From: Promethearchaeota archaeon
GTDB lineage: Archaea > Asgardarchaeota > Lokiarchaeia > Sigyniarchaeales > SOKP01
Assembly: GCA_016839555.1 (NCBI GenBank)
Contig: JAEOUA010000006.1
Location: 539,912-603,911, forward strand
Length of the DNA stretch: 64,000 nucleotides
Reading direction: 5' to 3'
The notes under the pieces: model-generated
What the model was told of the DNA's origin: nothing
Database searches by the model: none
The model's input: the letters and a program-made list of their open reading frames with translations, nothing else
Shown: piece after piece, positions 18,893 to 29,876 of the stretch
Position numbering within the stretch: the stretch's first letter is position 1
Layout: every line of letters begins with the position of its first letter
Translations under genes and position numbers: made by a program

Positions 18893-21211
18893 ATGATTAC
18901 TACAAGAGAGTCTATTAATTATCAATATTCTTTAGTATTCGGTTATCAGAGCCCGAATGATAAAAATATCTCTGTCGGTGACATCATTAGCCCGGGAGTA
19001 TTAACAGGGAATCTAGTAAAAGAACTTTCAGTAGATGTTGTTAATTTTTTCACTCAATATAATGCGATGTTAAGAGATTACAGTGGTTCAGAATTATTTT
19101 TTGTTGAATTTGAACTAAAAGATATCAGTTTTAGGAAAAATTTAACAATGATTTACCCAAAATCTATGATATTAGTTCCGGGAAATTATAAGGAATGTGA
19201 AAGCTTAATGCTCGCATTGAAACCAGAAAGAGGTTATTTGAATATTCATAAATCTAATAAAGCTATCAATAAAATAAGTCGCTTATTTTTTGAAGTAGAA
19301 GATTTTGCTAATCGTCCAGAATTAAATCAAAAAGAAAAAGAAAAATTGTTTAACAAATTTGCTTCAAGATTCAGTAAAAAATTATATGGGGGACTTATTG
19401 AAAGTAAGTGGAATAAAAAATTAATTGGAATCTCAGAATCACTTCCTACAGAAAAAGAATTTTTAAAACAATATGGAAAATTAAAATCAAAAATTGATGT
19501 TTCTTGGTATAAAAAACCTCTTGAAATATCTTTATCAGATATAAAATATGGAAAACTTAAAGATCCATATGAAGGAAAAACTGGTTTTGAACACATTAAG
19601 TTTAATATAGCAACACCAACAGCAGGATTTATTACTGCTAAAACTCTAAAATTAGGTTCTAATCTCTTAAATTTAGCTAATATCGGTACAATTGATAAAT
19701 TCCAAGAACAATTGGTTAAATTTATTATTAAAAAAATTAAAAAGGAGGATCTCTCTACTATAAATGAAGAGAAATCAGAGAAGTGGTTAATTTCAAGAAT
19801 AGAAAACTATTTGAATCATTTTGAAGAGAAAATGAAGGAATATTTCGACTATTTTGAGGAATATTTAATTAGTGGAATTAAAGGTAATATAGACTATGTT
19901 TTAGAAGAATTTAAAAAATTTATTTTAAAGAAACAATCTTCATCTAAAAACGATTTTTCTGAACTCCATAAAATAACAGTTCAATTTATAAAACAAATAA
20001 TTTTAAAAAAGGAAGATGTAATTGCCAATGATTTAAGATCCGCATACAATTATTTTTCTGAACTATTTACACAAAATATACAAATTATCATTAAAACTCT
20101 TCCTAAATTTTTAATCATAAGACATTTAAAAAATAAAACGAAATTATTAATTGAAAATTTAAGAATTGCATTTGAGAAAGAGGAGGATCCAGCAAAAAGA
20201 GTGGGCAATAAATTTATTGATACATTTTATGAATTTATACTAAAAAAGATGAAGGATTTTCCTCCAATATACTCAAATAATTTAAATATCAATGAAGAAC
20301 AACTTTCTCTTGAATTTTTTATTTTAGTGAAAGAAAAATTAGATAAATTTTTTGAAAAAATACAGATTGAAGGAAGCGATATCCTATCATTTGCAGAATT
20401 TGAAATAAAGAATGATGAAAAAATTATAAAAAATTATAGTAGTAAATTTAAAAAATTTACAGAAGAGATTCATTTTCTATTAAGTTATATCTTAAGATAT
20501 TCCACAATTAATAGATTTATAAAAGAAAAAAATGATAAAGATATTTCTGATCCAATTTCGTTTTCCTCAAAATTTCACAGATTTTTGGAGAAGAGATTAG
20601 CCGGTATCAATCTCATTTGCAAATCTTATATCTTAGAGTGGATAAATGAATATTCAGAACTCTTTTCTAAGAGGACGGAAGATAAAAAATGGACCTTAAA
20701 TGATATTTATAATGATTTTATTACTTATCTTCAAGAAAAAGAATCATTAGCTCATGATCCCGAAAAATTTTTTACAATTTTAGATACTAATTTAGCTAAA
20801 GAAGCAGAAGAGAGCGAAAAAATTTCATTATTAAAGTTTTTAGATAAATATCTTTATTATAAAGATGTAGCAGGGCAATTCCCTGAATATTTAAGAAAGA
20901 AATTTAATAAAGAGATTCAAAACTTGATTCATTCCTCGGAAAAATCAAAGCCTCTAGCTTATCTTACAAAAAATGGAGAAAAAAATTTTTTTAATTATAT
21001 AAGAGAAACTGAACTTAAATATTATTCAAAATTAATACCGATTCCTAAAACACTAATCCTAAAGCATTTATTAACCCATGAAGAAAAAGAACAATTTAAA
21101 GGGGATTTATTTCAAGTATTTGAATTTAATTTAATGGGAGAGGATAAATTCATTATAAATTTAAAAGATAATTTTAAAGAAATTTTTAGAGAGTGGATTA
21201 AAGCATTATGA
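18893..21211 (+). CDS. large hypothetical protein, mostly helical
   Basis: 772-aa ORF; ATGA overlap with the next gene. Confidence 0.75.
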   Translation: MITTRESINYQYSLVFGYQSPNDKNISVGDIISPGVLTGNLVKELSVDVVNFFTQYNAMLRDYSGSELFFVEFELKDISFRKNLTMIYPKSMILVPGNYKECESLMLALKPERGYLNIHKSNKAINKISRLFFEVEDFANRPELNQKEKEKLFNKFASRFSKKLYGGLIESKWNKKLIGISESLPTEKEFLKQYGKLKSKIDVSWYKKPLEISLSDIKYGKLKDPYEGKTGFEHIKFNIATPTAGFITAKTLKLGSNLLNLANIGTIDKFQEQLVKFIIKKIKKEDLSTINEEKSEKWLISRIENYLNHFEEKMKEYFDYFEEYLISGIKGNIDYVLEEFKKFILKKQSSSKNDFSELHKITVQFIKQIILKKEDVIANDLRSAYNYFSELFTQNIQIIIKTLPKFLIIRHLKNKTKLLIENLRIAFEKEEDPAKRVGNKFIDTFYEFILKKMKDFPPIYSNNLNINEEQLSLEFFILVKEKLDKFFEKIQIEGSDILSFAEFEIKNDEKIIKNYSSKFKKFTEEIHFLLSYILRYSTINRFIKEKNDKDISDPISFSSKFHRFLEKRLAGINLICKSYILEWINEYSELFSKRTEDKKWTLNDIYNDFITYLQEKESLAHDPEKFFTILDTNLAKEAEESEKISLLKFLDKYLYYKDVAGQFPEYLRKKFNKEIQNLIHSSEKSKPLAYLTKNGEKNFFNYIRETELKYYSKLIPIPKTLILKHLLTHEEKEQFKGDLFQVFEFNLMGEDKFIINLKDNFKEIFREWIKAL

Positions 21212-23589
21212 TAACAGGCATAAGTAGAAGAGCTACAGCAATAGAAAGCACTTCTAGATTTTTCCAAACTGTTGATTTAATTATTTCCCATTTTAAAAGG
21301 GAAGCAGATAAGGAAAAAATATTCGAAATAGTTGAGGAAAAATTCACATTAGAAGATATATTAATAGCTACTGCCTCTGTTCATTTATATCATAATATTG
21401 GAATAAGAGTAAGTGAAGCATTAGATCTTAGCAAAGGAACAATTGAATCAACCAGAGAATTGGAGCTATTGCAGAAAAGAATTCTCTATAATGAGATTAA
21501 AGTACTTTTAAAAGATTCCTTTAGATCGGAAATTAATATGCTTAAAAGATTAATCGATTTAGAGAATAAATTCATAGATTTACTAATTAATTTGCGGCAG
21601 AAAGGATATTTTGATGAAGAGAAGGAAACTTTATTTAATGATCTAGAAAAATATATCGAAAAAGAGTTATTAGAAATAGTTTTAGATTATAGGCCAAGCA
21701 GCTTTTATGATTTGATTGGAGACTTAATTGGATTAACAAATAATATTAAAGATGATATTTTGAAAAGAGGAGCTGAATTTAAAGATTTATCAGTAGAATT
21801 GGAAAAGAGATTATTAATTGAGGAAAAAGAAGATAAATACTTAGAATTATCCTCATTGACTAAAACAATTAAGAAATTAAAAGAGGATTTTGAATTTAAA
21901 TCATATAAAGAATTGAAAATGGAAGCCATGCCTATTAGAATGATAAAAAAGAAAATAATTGACTATGAATTCAATAAATTTCCTGTATCTGTCCTTGGTT
22001 TGAAGGCGTTTAAAAGAGCAAACGATTTGAAGAAAAATATAATAGAGAAAATAGAATCGGGATTAGAACAAGAAATTAAATACGATCAATTTGAAGAAAA
22101 AATGTTAGATTACTTGAAAGAGGAAATAATTAAGGAACTAAGTACAAATGCTAATGATTTTATTTATTTCCTACAAAATTTAAATGAAGAAAAATTTAAA
22201 GAAATATCCTACCTATTGAATAAATACGGAATCCATAATATTTTGAATATGATTAATATAAACGAGGAAAAAGCTTCAGAAGTTAAAAAAAATATGATTA
22301 GATATAATATAGAAAAATTTGAGATCATACAATTAAGTGATCAGAAGAAAAATCCATTAAATATCGCAAAGAAAGCATTGAATAAGATAAAATTTTCATA
22401 TATCAATCAGATGGATCTCGATATGAATTTAAAATTTCTATTAAATAAGGAAAGAGAAGAATTTTCTGATTTATGGGATGCCATTGAAGAGGACATTGAA
22501 TATTCATATTTTGATTTAAAAGATCTGATTAGAAAAAAAGAAACAATTGATAAGGTTTTTTTAAATCAATTAAATTTGAAAAATTATTCTCAAATATTAT
22601 TTCTTTTAGAATTTGATAAAATTTTGGATGCTTTAATGAAAGAGTCCTTTTTTTATATTTTGTCTAAAATTTTAAGGCAATTAAGTAGAATTATTGAATC
22701 GTATTTGAAGATTTCAAATGAAAAGGGATTATATTTATTAGCTTTAAAAAAAATTGAAAATACAACAGAATCAGAAGAATGGGTTCAAATAAAAATAGAG
22801 GAGTTAGTTATTAATCGTTTAATTGAGCGACAAAAAGAATTAGTAGAAATTTTTGATGCGCAAAATAAACCATTTCTTATCAATGGATTCATATTAGCCA
22901 GATTAACGGATAATTCATTAGAAAATGCGATAGAAATTCTTCAAAATAAAGTAAGCCCTCTGTATGAAGATATTAAAGATTTAAAATTAAAAGAAGATTT
23001 AATTTCTCCCATATCTTATTGTATAGGATATGATCTAATTAAAAGATTTGAAAAATCTACTGCTATAAGAAAAGAAAAAGTAGAAGAGGCCAAAAAAGTT
23101 AAGGAAATAGAAAGAAAAGAAATAAAACAAGAAATTAGAAAAAAGCAGGAAATCAGCACCTTAAATTGGGTTGAAAGGAAAATAACATACTCCTTAATGA
23201 GAGTAAATAGTCCTGGTATAAATCCAAATCAATTATATTGGCAAGAAAAGGATACTAAAACTGCAACAGATAGCATAAAAATACATAGTGAGTTAGAGGG
23301 AAATTCTATTGAATTAATTTCAGAATATTTTCTTTTTTGCATTAATAAAATAAACTCCATGACTTCAGAAGTTAAATTACCAAATAAGGATAATATAAAG
23401 CAATTTGTTCAAAATATAATTGAAAGAACCTTAGAAAAAAGATTAAATCATTCACCAAGCTTGGAAGAAATAAACGATATGTATGAAGGAGAGCGCTTAG
23501 AAATTTCACAAATAGTCGCCAACAGAATTGGTAAAATTTTGAATAAAGCGATATATGCTAAATTTAAATCTAAAAAATTAGGATCTTAA
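21208..23589 (+). CDS. large hypothetical helical/coiled-coil protein
   Basis: 793-aa ORF, E/K/L/I-rich, translationally coupled to the upstream ORF. Confidence 0.75.
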   Translation: MITGISRRATAIESTSRFFQTVDLIISHFKREADKEKIFEIVEEKFTLEDILIATASVHLYHNIGIRVSEALDLSKGTIESTRELELLQKRILYNEIKVLLKDSFRSEINMLKRLIDLENKFIDLLINLRQKGYFDEEKETLFNDLEKYIEKELLEIVLDYRPSSFYDLIGDLIGLTNNIKDDILKRGAEFKDLSVELEKRLLIEEKEDKYLELSSLTKTIKKLKEDFEFKSYKELKMEAMPIRMIKKKIIDYEFNKFPVSVLGLKAFKRANDLKKNIIEKIESGLEQEIKYDQFEEKMLDYLKEEIIKELSTNANDFIYFLQNLNEEKFKEISYLLNKYGIHNILNMININEEKASEVKKNMIRYNIEKFEIIQLSDQKKNPLNIAKKALNKIKFSYINQMDLDMNLKFLLNKEREEFSDLWDAIEEDIEYSYFDLKDLIRKKETIDKVFLNQLNLKNYSQILFLLEFDKILDALMKESFFYILSKILRQLSRIIESYLKISNEKGLYLLALKKIENTTESEEWVQIKIEELVINRLIERQKELVEIFDAQNKPFLINGFILARLTDNSLENAIEILQNKVSPLYEDIKDLKLKEDLISPISYCIGYDLIKRFEKSTAIRKEKVEEAKKVKEIERKEIKQEIRKKQEISTLNWVERKITYSLMRVNSPGINPNQLYWQEKDTKTATDSIKIHSELEGNSIELISEYFLFCINKINSMTSEVKLPNKDNIKQFVQNIIERTLEKRLNHSPSLEEINDMYEGERLEISQIVANRIGKILNKAIYAKFKSKKLGS

Positions 23590-23813
23590 TTATAATGAAT
23601 ATTTAGTAGATTTATGAGATAATCCCTTCAATTAAGTCTAAAAAAACTAAATTTCACTTATTTTTATTGAATTATTATTATTTTTATTAATTAATATCTT
23701 GATTAATATTGAATAAGATAATTAATGCTATTTAATCCCTCGATTATTTAATTTTTAAGAAAAATTTAATTGCAAAATAAGATATGACTAAAATATAATA
23801 ATAAATTAAGAGA

Positions 23814-24098
23814 TTGATAGATTTGTCTTTGATTTTAGATAAAATAAAAAATTATTTACGTTTTCTTCAAAAATCACTTAGAGAAATAATTAAAGGGTTT
23901 GTTTTATTTATATTTGCTACTTTAGGGTTAATCTCGGCAGTAATTTTTAGATCGCTTGATTTTAATGGAGTAATAATAAGTATTATTAGTATAATTGTAG
24001 AAATATTTGGGATTCTATTTTGTTTTTTGGCTTGTAGATCTTATTTAGAACAAATAGAAGAGGAAACGGAAATAAAATCAAAGAAAAAAATCAAATAA
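23814..24098 (+). CDS. small 2-TM hypothetical protein
   Basis: two hydrophobic helices and a charged tail. Confidence 0.6.
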   Translation: MIDLSLILDKIKNYLRFLQKSLREIIKGFVLFIFATLGLISAVIFRSLDFNGVIISIISIIVEIFGILFCFLACRSYLEQIEEETEIKSKKKIK

Positions 24099-24099
24099 T

Positions 24100-24816
24100 T
24101 TAAAACCATTTTTCCCATTCAGAAAAATGAGCAAAATTATGATTTTTTAAATAGGATTTTAAATCTTTTATTAAAATATTAGGGTCATAAATCCATGCTT
24201 CATCTTTATTAAATGATACACTCTTTATATTATCGTAGTTAAAAATTGATTTGAAAATAAGACCATATGTAGCGACCTGAGGTAAAGAATATAAAAAATT
24301 ACCTTCAGGTTTATAATCTATTATTTTTATGGAATTATTTATTATTTGAATTAAATCAATATGTCCTGTTATATATTCTCCATGAATTTCTTTCCAAATG
24401 GGAAGTTCAATGCAGATAGAATTTTTATCCCTTATCAAAATATTTTTAAGAATTGGATCATGTCCAGGTATTTTATTAATATTATTCTTACTATAATTCT
24501 TATAAACCTCTTCGACATATTGGGATAGTGGATAATTTGAATCAAGTTTTTCAATTTTACCAGAACGTATTAATTTTTTACTATAACTTCTCAAGAATGC
24601 TTTTTTAATTCCCTTTAATTTAAATCGAGAGATTCTTGGAATGTTTTTCGTGTTAAAAATATCATTGGGAATTTTTCCTTCATAAACTTTTTTAATATAG
24701 CTTTCTAGCCTTTTGTATTCCCTTCCACCATTGCTTATTTGGGAGATTCGGTTTTGATGATAATGGAAACTATAACGAATGTTTTGATGATAGAAATCTC
24801 TTTTTCTTAGCCACAT
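24100..24816 (-). CDS. PD-(D/E)XK nuclease superfamily protein
   Basis: E.PIW....TGHIDLI......IIDYK......PQVATY. Confidence 0.8.
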   Translation of the reverse strand: MWLRKRDFYHQNIRYSFHYHQNRISQISNGGREYKRLESYIKKVYEGKIPNDIFNTKNIPRISRFKLKGIKKAFLRSYSKKLIRSGKIEKLDSNYPLSQYVEEVYKNYSKNNINKIPGHDPILKNILIRDKNSICIELPIWKEIHGEYITGHIDLIQIINNSIKIIDYKPEGNFLYSLPQVATYGLIFKSIFNYDNIKSVSFNKDEAWIYDPNILIKDLKSYLKNHNFAHFSEWEKWF

Positions 24817-24937
24817 ATTATAACCTTTCTGCTTATATATAGAATAAGAAGGAACTCAATTAAATTAATAATATTAAGCAATTATTATGATTTTTATTAT
24901 GAATTTATTTATTTTAAATAGTATTTTGAAAGAAAAG

Positions 24938-25012
24938 CGGACCCGGCAGGATTCGAACCTGCGACTTTCGGATTAGAAGTCCGACGCCCTATCCGGGCTA
25001 GGCTACGGGTCC
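24938..25012 (-). tRNA. tRNA-Arg(TCT)
   Basis: GGACCCG/CGGGTCC acceptor stem, TCGGA-CTTCTAA-TCCGA anticodon arm, GCAGG-TTCGAAT-CCTGC T arm; CCA not encoded. Confidence 0.96.
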
Positions 25013-25156
25013 ATGCAAAGCTATTTCCAAAAAAAGAAAACAAAAAGATTTATAAAAATAAAAGGAATAAAAATCTTTAAATTTTATTATGAAGATTAAA
25101 GTTAGATTCTAATATTAGCCCTTTTTTTTATAAAAATTAATTGATAAATATACCCT

Positions 25157-26287
25157 TTATTCATTATTCGACTTTATTATAAGAGCATCAATCACAATCA
25201 TATCAGATTTAGGAGAATATGATTTTACAACCTTGGCGTGTTTTATGCTATCTAATCTCCATCTATTTTTATGTAATTCTGTTTGTAACTTATCTATAGC
25301 TTTTTTAACAGAATTAGGTTTCTCGCTGAATTGATAATTATGCAAAATACATCCGGTTTTTTTAGAAATATGACACACTACGTCTATATGATCTAAAGAT
25401 TTTTCTGGCAAATTCATAACTACTCGATCTACATTGTTTTTTAACAAATCACTAACCTTATCTTTTGAATTTAAAAGATTTTTGACATTCATTTTAATTG
25501 GAATAATCTTTCCTTTCAAATTATTAAGTTTTATATTTTTTTCTAGCAACTTAATAGCAAACGGATTGATATCAAAAGCATAAATGTTTACATCATGATT
25601 TTTTGCTATTATTATTGAGAAGGCCCCCACACCTGCAAATAAGTCAACAATTAATTCGTTTTTTTTAATATTTCGTAAAGATATCCTTTTCCTCTCATGA
25701 TTTAATCTGGGAGAAAAAAATACTTTTTCTAAATCAATCTTAAATACGCAATGATTTTCTTTATGAATGGTTTGAGGTTTTTTTATTCCAGCAAGATATT
25801 TTAATTTTCTTAAGCGATAAGTCCCCGTAATCTTACTCTGTTTTTCGTAAACGCTTTTTATATTTTTATTGACTTTTATAATTGCATTTGCTATTTTTTT
25901 TTTTACTATTTTAGGATAATTTATAGAATTATATTGATCTAACTCTACAATAACAATATCTCCAATAATATCATAAGATTGTGGAATTAATTCAAGCAAT
26001 TCATCGGGTAATTTATTTTCCAATTCTTCCTCTAAAGATTGAGCTTTATAATTCAGTCTCTTTTTCCCTTCAATAAATATTATTTTAAAGGGAATTTGTT
26101 CTTTTAATTTGAGTGCTAATTTTTTTATATTGAGATGTGGGTTTAAAGGAAAATAAAGATTCTCCTCTTTTTCAATTACTTCATATTTTTTATTAAAAAT
26201 TGATTTATTTTTAAAATGTTTTTTAATTAATTTTATCAAACCTTGAGCGTTAACTTTTTTAACTTTTATATGTGGAATTTTTATCAA
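25157..26287 (-). CDS. trm5: tRNA (guanine37-N1)-methyltransferase, Trm5 family
   Basis: SYDIIGDI, HKEN...F..D..KVFFSPRL, VDLFAGVG, DINP, MNLP. Confidence 0.88.
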   Translation of the reverse strand: MIKIPHIKVKKVNAQGLIKLIKKHFKNKSIFNKKYEVIEKEENLYFPLNPHLNIKKLALKLKEQIPFKIIFIEGKKRLNYKAQSLEEELENKLPDELLELIPQSYDIIGDIVIVELDQYNSINYPKIVKKKIANAIIKVNKNIKSVYEKQSKITGTYRLRKLKYLAGIKKPQTIHKENHCVFKIDLEKVFFSPRLNHERKRISLRNIKKNELIVDLFAGVGAFSIIIAKNHDVNIYAFDINPFAIKLLEKNIKLNNLKGKIIPIKMNVKNLLNSKDKVSDLLKNNVDRVVMNLPEKSLDHIDVVCHISKKTGCILHNYQFSEKPNSVKKAIDKLQTELHKNRWRLDSIKHAKVVKSYSPKSDMIVIDALIIKSNNE

Positions 26288-26296
26288 TTTATATCT

Positions 26297-26722
26297 CTAT
26301 TTTTTTCCTAATTTTTTAAAAATAATGTAGAACTCTTTTTTTGATGATCTGATCTCATTAATTAATTTTCGTGATAAATCTTTTGAAGATTTCGAACAGT
26401 TTATCAGAACTGTCCTATTAGAAATGTAATCACTTTTTCGGAAAACTATATCATTTTTATGGGTTAATGTAAGATTCTTATCTCCAAAACCGATGAATGA
26501 ATCTATATAATTTTCTGATTGGATAGCAACCTTAATTTTTTTACCTTTTCGAATACATTGTTTTAAATTTTTATTCAAATCATTACAGGCTTTTGAGGCA
26601 TTTATTCCTAAAATGCAATTTCCTTTTCTTGTTAAATTTTTTTCTTTTGTTATTTCTATTGTTGTTTCATGGGTACATAAAATATTTTCATGCCCATAGG
26701 CTTTAATTTTGTCTAAAACCAT
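26297..26722 (-). CDS. DUF371 family protein
   Basis: GHENI..TH.TTIEITKE..LT..G.CILG, VFRKSDY...RT. Confidence 0.88.
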   Translation of the reverse strand: MVLDKIKAYGHENILCTHETTIEITKEKNLTRKGNCILGINASKACNDLNKNLKQCIRKGKKIKVAIQSENYIDSFIGFGDKNLTLTHKNDIVFRKSDYISNRTVLINCSKSSKDLSRKLINEIRSSKKEFYIIFKKLGKK

Positions 26723-28344
26723 TTTAAAATTTCCCTTGGCATAGATGCTTTAAAAATTGGTATTTTAATGTTTTTTTTAACTATCTGAAAGATTTTTTCA
26801 TAACTTTCATTATCAAATTTTACAATTTCGTCATATTGATTAATATATTGATTTGGGATTAAGAAACCACATTTTTTGTAAATTCTTGAATTATTTTTGA
26901 TAAATTTTATAATTTCTTTTGCTAGACTTTTATATATTATTTTAGAAAAATCATCATATCTGATTGCTTCGTATTGTCCCATTGGATAAGTATCTATTAA
27001 TTCTAAAGGAATTACACCAAAAAATTCAGAAAGAAACACAATATGAATTTTATCCCTTGGAGTAATTCTGTTATTATTGATAATATCAAACCAATTGGTT
27101 GTAGTGGGGGAATTTTTACCTATAAGATCTAACTCTGGTAAAATAAGTAAATATTTTACCTTATCGGGGACTCGATATTTATTTTCAAATCTATTTTTAT
27201 ACCGATAAATTATTGGTCTATTTTTACTCTCTAAAGAACTTAAGAACCTTCCATGATCTTTATAAATTTTTTCATGTTTTTCAAAAAAAGGATGATTATT
27301 TTTTAGAAGAACAAGAGCATTTAAAAGACTAGGGTGAGATCTTACTCTTTTTTCAACTAATTCCCATAAATTTCCTTCTCTTATTGCTTGGCGAATAGTT
27401 TTTAATTCTGAAAGGGAGATATATAAATTATGTTTTGCCAATAGTTTAGTTCTGAATTCTTTTTCAAATTTTTTTAACTCTGCTGGTTCATATGTAATAC
27501 ACACGGGGCAATTACAAGGAAATTCTTTTAAATCTTCAAGCTTTTCAGTTCCAGTTGCAAGTGAAAAATATCTATCATCCTTAGCATACAAGATATATGC
27601 TGCTGAATCCATTAAATCACATCCAAATGCAATAGCTAATGAGAAGAATTGAGGTAAACCTAGCCCAAACATATGAATTGGTTTATTTGGAATGATATTC
27701 TGCTTTACGGTATTAAGAATTTGAAGGACATTTTTAAATTGATAATTTAAAAAAAATTTTACTAAGCCCCCTATTGCATAAACTGCAAAATCTAAATTAG
27801 ACATTTCCAATGTACTTTTTTTTAATAAATTTAGATAAATTGATCCATGAATTGGTCCAATCCAGCAACCATCCTTTGTTCTCCTTTTGATATTACCTTT
27901 TGCTCTTTTTATACTTAAATCTACTTTATTTTTTGCTGTTTCATAATCGTCATCCGGCTGAACAGGCACATCTAAAATAACAAGAAGATCTGATCCAATT
28001 TCTTCTTGAAAACTCTCGATCTCACTTGCCTCGATCACTATATCTTCTTTTTGGTACATATATTGTTGAAATGCACCGCTATCTGTCGCAATTAAACCAT
28101 CAAAATCTAAATAATTATTTATTTTTTTTTGAAGAGCTTTTTCTTTTTCTATTTCATTCTGATAAAGAATATAAGCATTAGTAAAAATACTATTAAATCC
28201 AATATCTTTTATTTCTTTAGGCTTTAATAAGTTATGATAAGGATGGATTACGGGTAATAGAGTAGGGGTAATAATTTTTTTATTATTAACTTTAAAGAGA
28301 CATACTCTAGCTAAAGCATCCGTATCTAAAATTTCAAACTCCAT
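26713..28344 (-). CDS. tgtA: archaeosine tRNA-guanine(15) transglycosylase
   Basis: TPTLLPVI, TDSGAFQ, H.FG.G.P, DSAAY..YA, C.CPVC Zn site, HNL, LWELVE.R.RSHP. Confidence 0.93.
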   Translation of the reverse strand: MEFEILDTDALARVCLFKVNNKKIITPTLLPVIHPYHNLLKPKEIKDIGFNSIFTNAYILYQNEIEKEKALQKKINNYLDFDGLIATDSGAFQQYMYQKEDIVIEASEIESFQEEIGSDLLVILDVPVQPDDDYETAKNKVDLSIKRAKGNIKRRTKDGCWIGPIHGSIYLNLLKKSTLEMSNLDFAVYAIGGLVKFFLNYQFKNVLQILNTVKQNIIPNKPIHMFGLGLPQFFSLAIAFGCDLMDSAAYILYAKDDRYFSLATGTEKLEDLKEFPCNCPVCITYEPAELKKFEKEFRTKLLAKHNLYISLSELKTIRQAIREGNLWELVEKRVRSHPSLLNALVLLKNNHPFFEKHEKIYKDHGRFLSSLESKNRPIIYRYKNRFENKYRVPDKVKYLLILPELDLIGKNSPTTTNWFDIINNNRITPRDKIHIVFLSEFFGVIPLELIDTYPMGQYEAIRYDDFSKIIYKSLAKEIIKFIKNNSRIYKKCGFLIPNQYINQYDEIVKFDNESYEKIFQIVKKNIKIPIFKASMPREILKWF

Positions 28345-28376
28345 AAGAATTTTAAATAGATAAATTTTTATCTCTT

Positions 28377-28970
28377 TTAATCAAAAAATTCATTTAAACG
28401 ATCTTGATTAGAAAGCTCCTCTAACCAATCTATATTCCCAACCTTATACTTCTCAATAAAGCCATCTTTTTGAATCATATCTATTATTATTTCTGAAATC
28501 TGCCTTATAGTCTTATATGAAGTATCTATTTCATAGAGTGGACATTTAAGATTTTTTTGTAAGATATAATTTGTACTATTCCCCAGAATTTCTGCTTGCA
28601 TATTTTCCTTAATTTTTTTTTCATTATAATTCCTATTTTTTAATCTCTCTTTTAAAATATCTGGATGGCATCTTAGAATTATACTGAGAGTAATATATTT
28701 ATTTGGAACAACGTCAGCAAAATGACCTTCAATTATACAAAAATTAATGCCCTCATTCTTAGAATTTTTTATTAATTCTTTCAGAAATTTCTTTAATTTA
28801 ACAAAATCGGCCACATATGTTTCTCTTTCTTCATCATACTTTTGAACAAAATTTTTTGATATAACTAATGTGTTCAATGAAACTAATTTTGCATTTAAAT
28901 AATCTGATATTAATTTCGATATAGAAGTTTTTCCAGTTCCAGGTGTCCCAGTAATAATTATGATTCTCAT
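28377..28970 (-). CDS. adenylate kinase 6 / Fap7-like NTPase
   Basis: ITGTPGTGKT, EGH, LRCHP..L.ERL..R.Y...KI.EN..AE. Confidence 0.92.
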   Translation of the reverse strand: MRIIIITGTPGTGKTSISKLISDYLNAKLVSLNTLVISKNFVQKYDEERETYVADFVKLKKFLKELIKNSKNEGINFCIIEGHFADVVPNKYITLSIILRCHPDILKERLKNRNYNEKKIKENMQAEILGNSTNYILQKNLKCPLYEIDTSYKTIRQISEIIIDMIQKDGFIEKYKVGNIDWLEELSNQDRLNEFFD

Positions 28971-29223
28971 TTTAACACTTAATAATGAATATAATACAAA
29001 ATGATTAAAAATTTTTTAATAAAAATTAAAAAAAAAATAAGAAAAATTAATTAATTACTTTCTATGTATCGTAAACTAATAAAGTAAAGTTAGAATAAAT
29101 CAATTGTTTTCTATTTTTCTATAAAAAGCGAATTTAAGATATTAATTTACCGTTATGATAAAAAAAATTTTTTAAATATCTACAATTAAAATAAAATAAT
29201 AAGAAAATCAGAGAAAATTTTTT

Positions 29224-29297
<74 letters not shown>

Positions 29298-29436
29298 TTA
29301 TTTTTATTATATAAATTCATTTTTTTAGATTTTATAAACTTAATTAAAATCTTTGAAATTATAACAAATTCATTTATATGTAAAAAATTTTCAATTAAGA
29401 TTTTCCAATAAAACAAATTAAAGAATTTGAATTCAA

Positions 29437-29868
29437 ATGACAAATCCTTTGAATTTTTCGATAATCGGATTACAAGAGTTTAGTATATCTTTCGATAAAT
29501 ATTGCACGGATTGTCAAATCCAACAATACTGTGAATATGGGAGAAAAAAACCATTTACAATTGAAATTAATTGTAAGGATATAAATCAAGCGAAAGAAAA
29601 GATAAAGTACGATGAATTAAGAAGTTTACAAAAAACTGAAAATATCACGAACTCTTATGATGATTTACTTAAAAAAGTAAAGATAAATCTTCAAAGCATT
29701 TTCTCACAGATTTGGAAAAAAAAAATTAAAAATCAAAAAGAAGTAATTAGATGCTTAGACTCAAAAAAAGTTGATCCTATTTTAGTGACTCAACAAGGAC
29801 AAGATTGGTGGCAAGATTTTAACCAAACCATGAAACTTATAAATGAAGAGTGCGAAAAAATAATTTAA
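29437..29868 (+). CDS. hypothetical Cys-containing protein
   Basis: CxxCxxxxxC motif near the N-terminus. Confidence 0.65.
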   Translation: MTNPLNFSIIGLQEFSISFDKYCTDCQIQQYCEYGRKKPFTIEINCKDINQAKEKIKYDELRSLQKTENITNSYDDLLKKVKINLQSIFSQIWKKKIKNQKEVIRCLDSKKVDPILVTQQGQDWWQDFNQTMKLINEECEKII

Positions 29869-29876
29869 AGAGACCT

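Noticed and set aside
24100-24937. PD-(D/E)XK nuclease next to the tRNA-Arg 3' end as Cas4 or part of an integrated element
   Set aside because: No Fe-S cysteine set, CRISPR repeats, integrase or duplicated tRNA 3' end (att site) seen.
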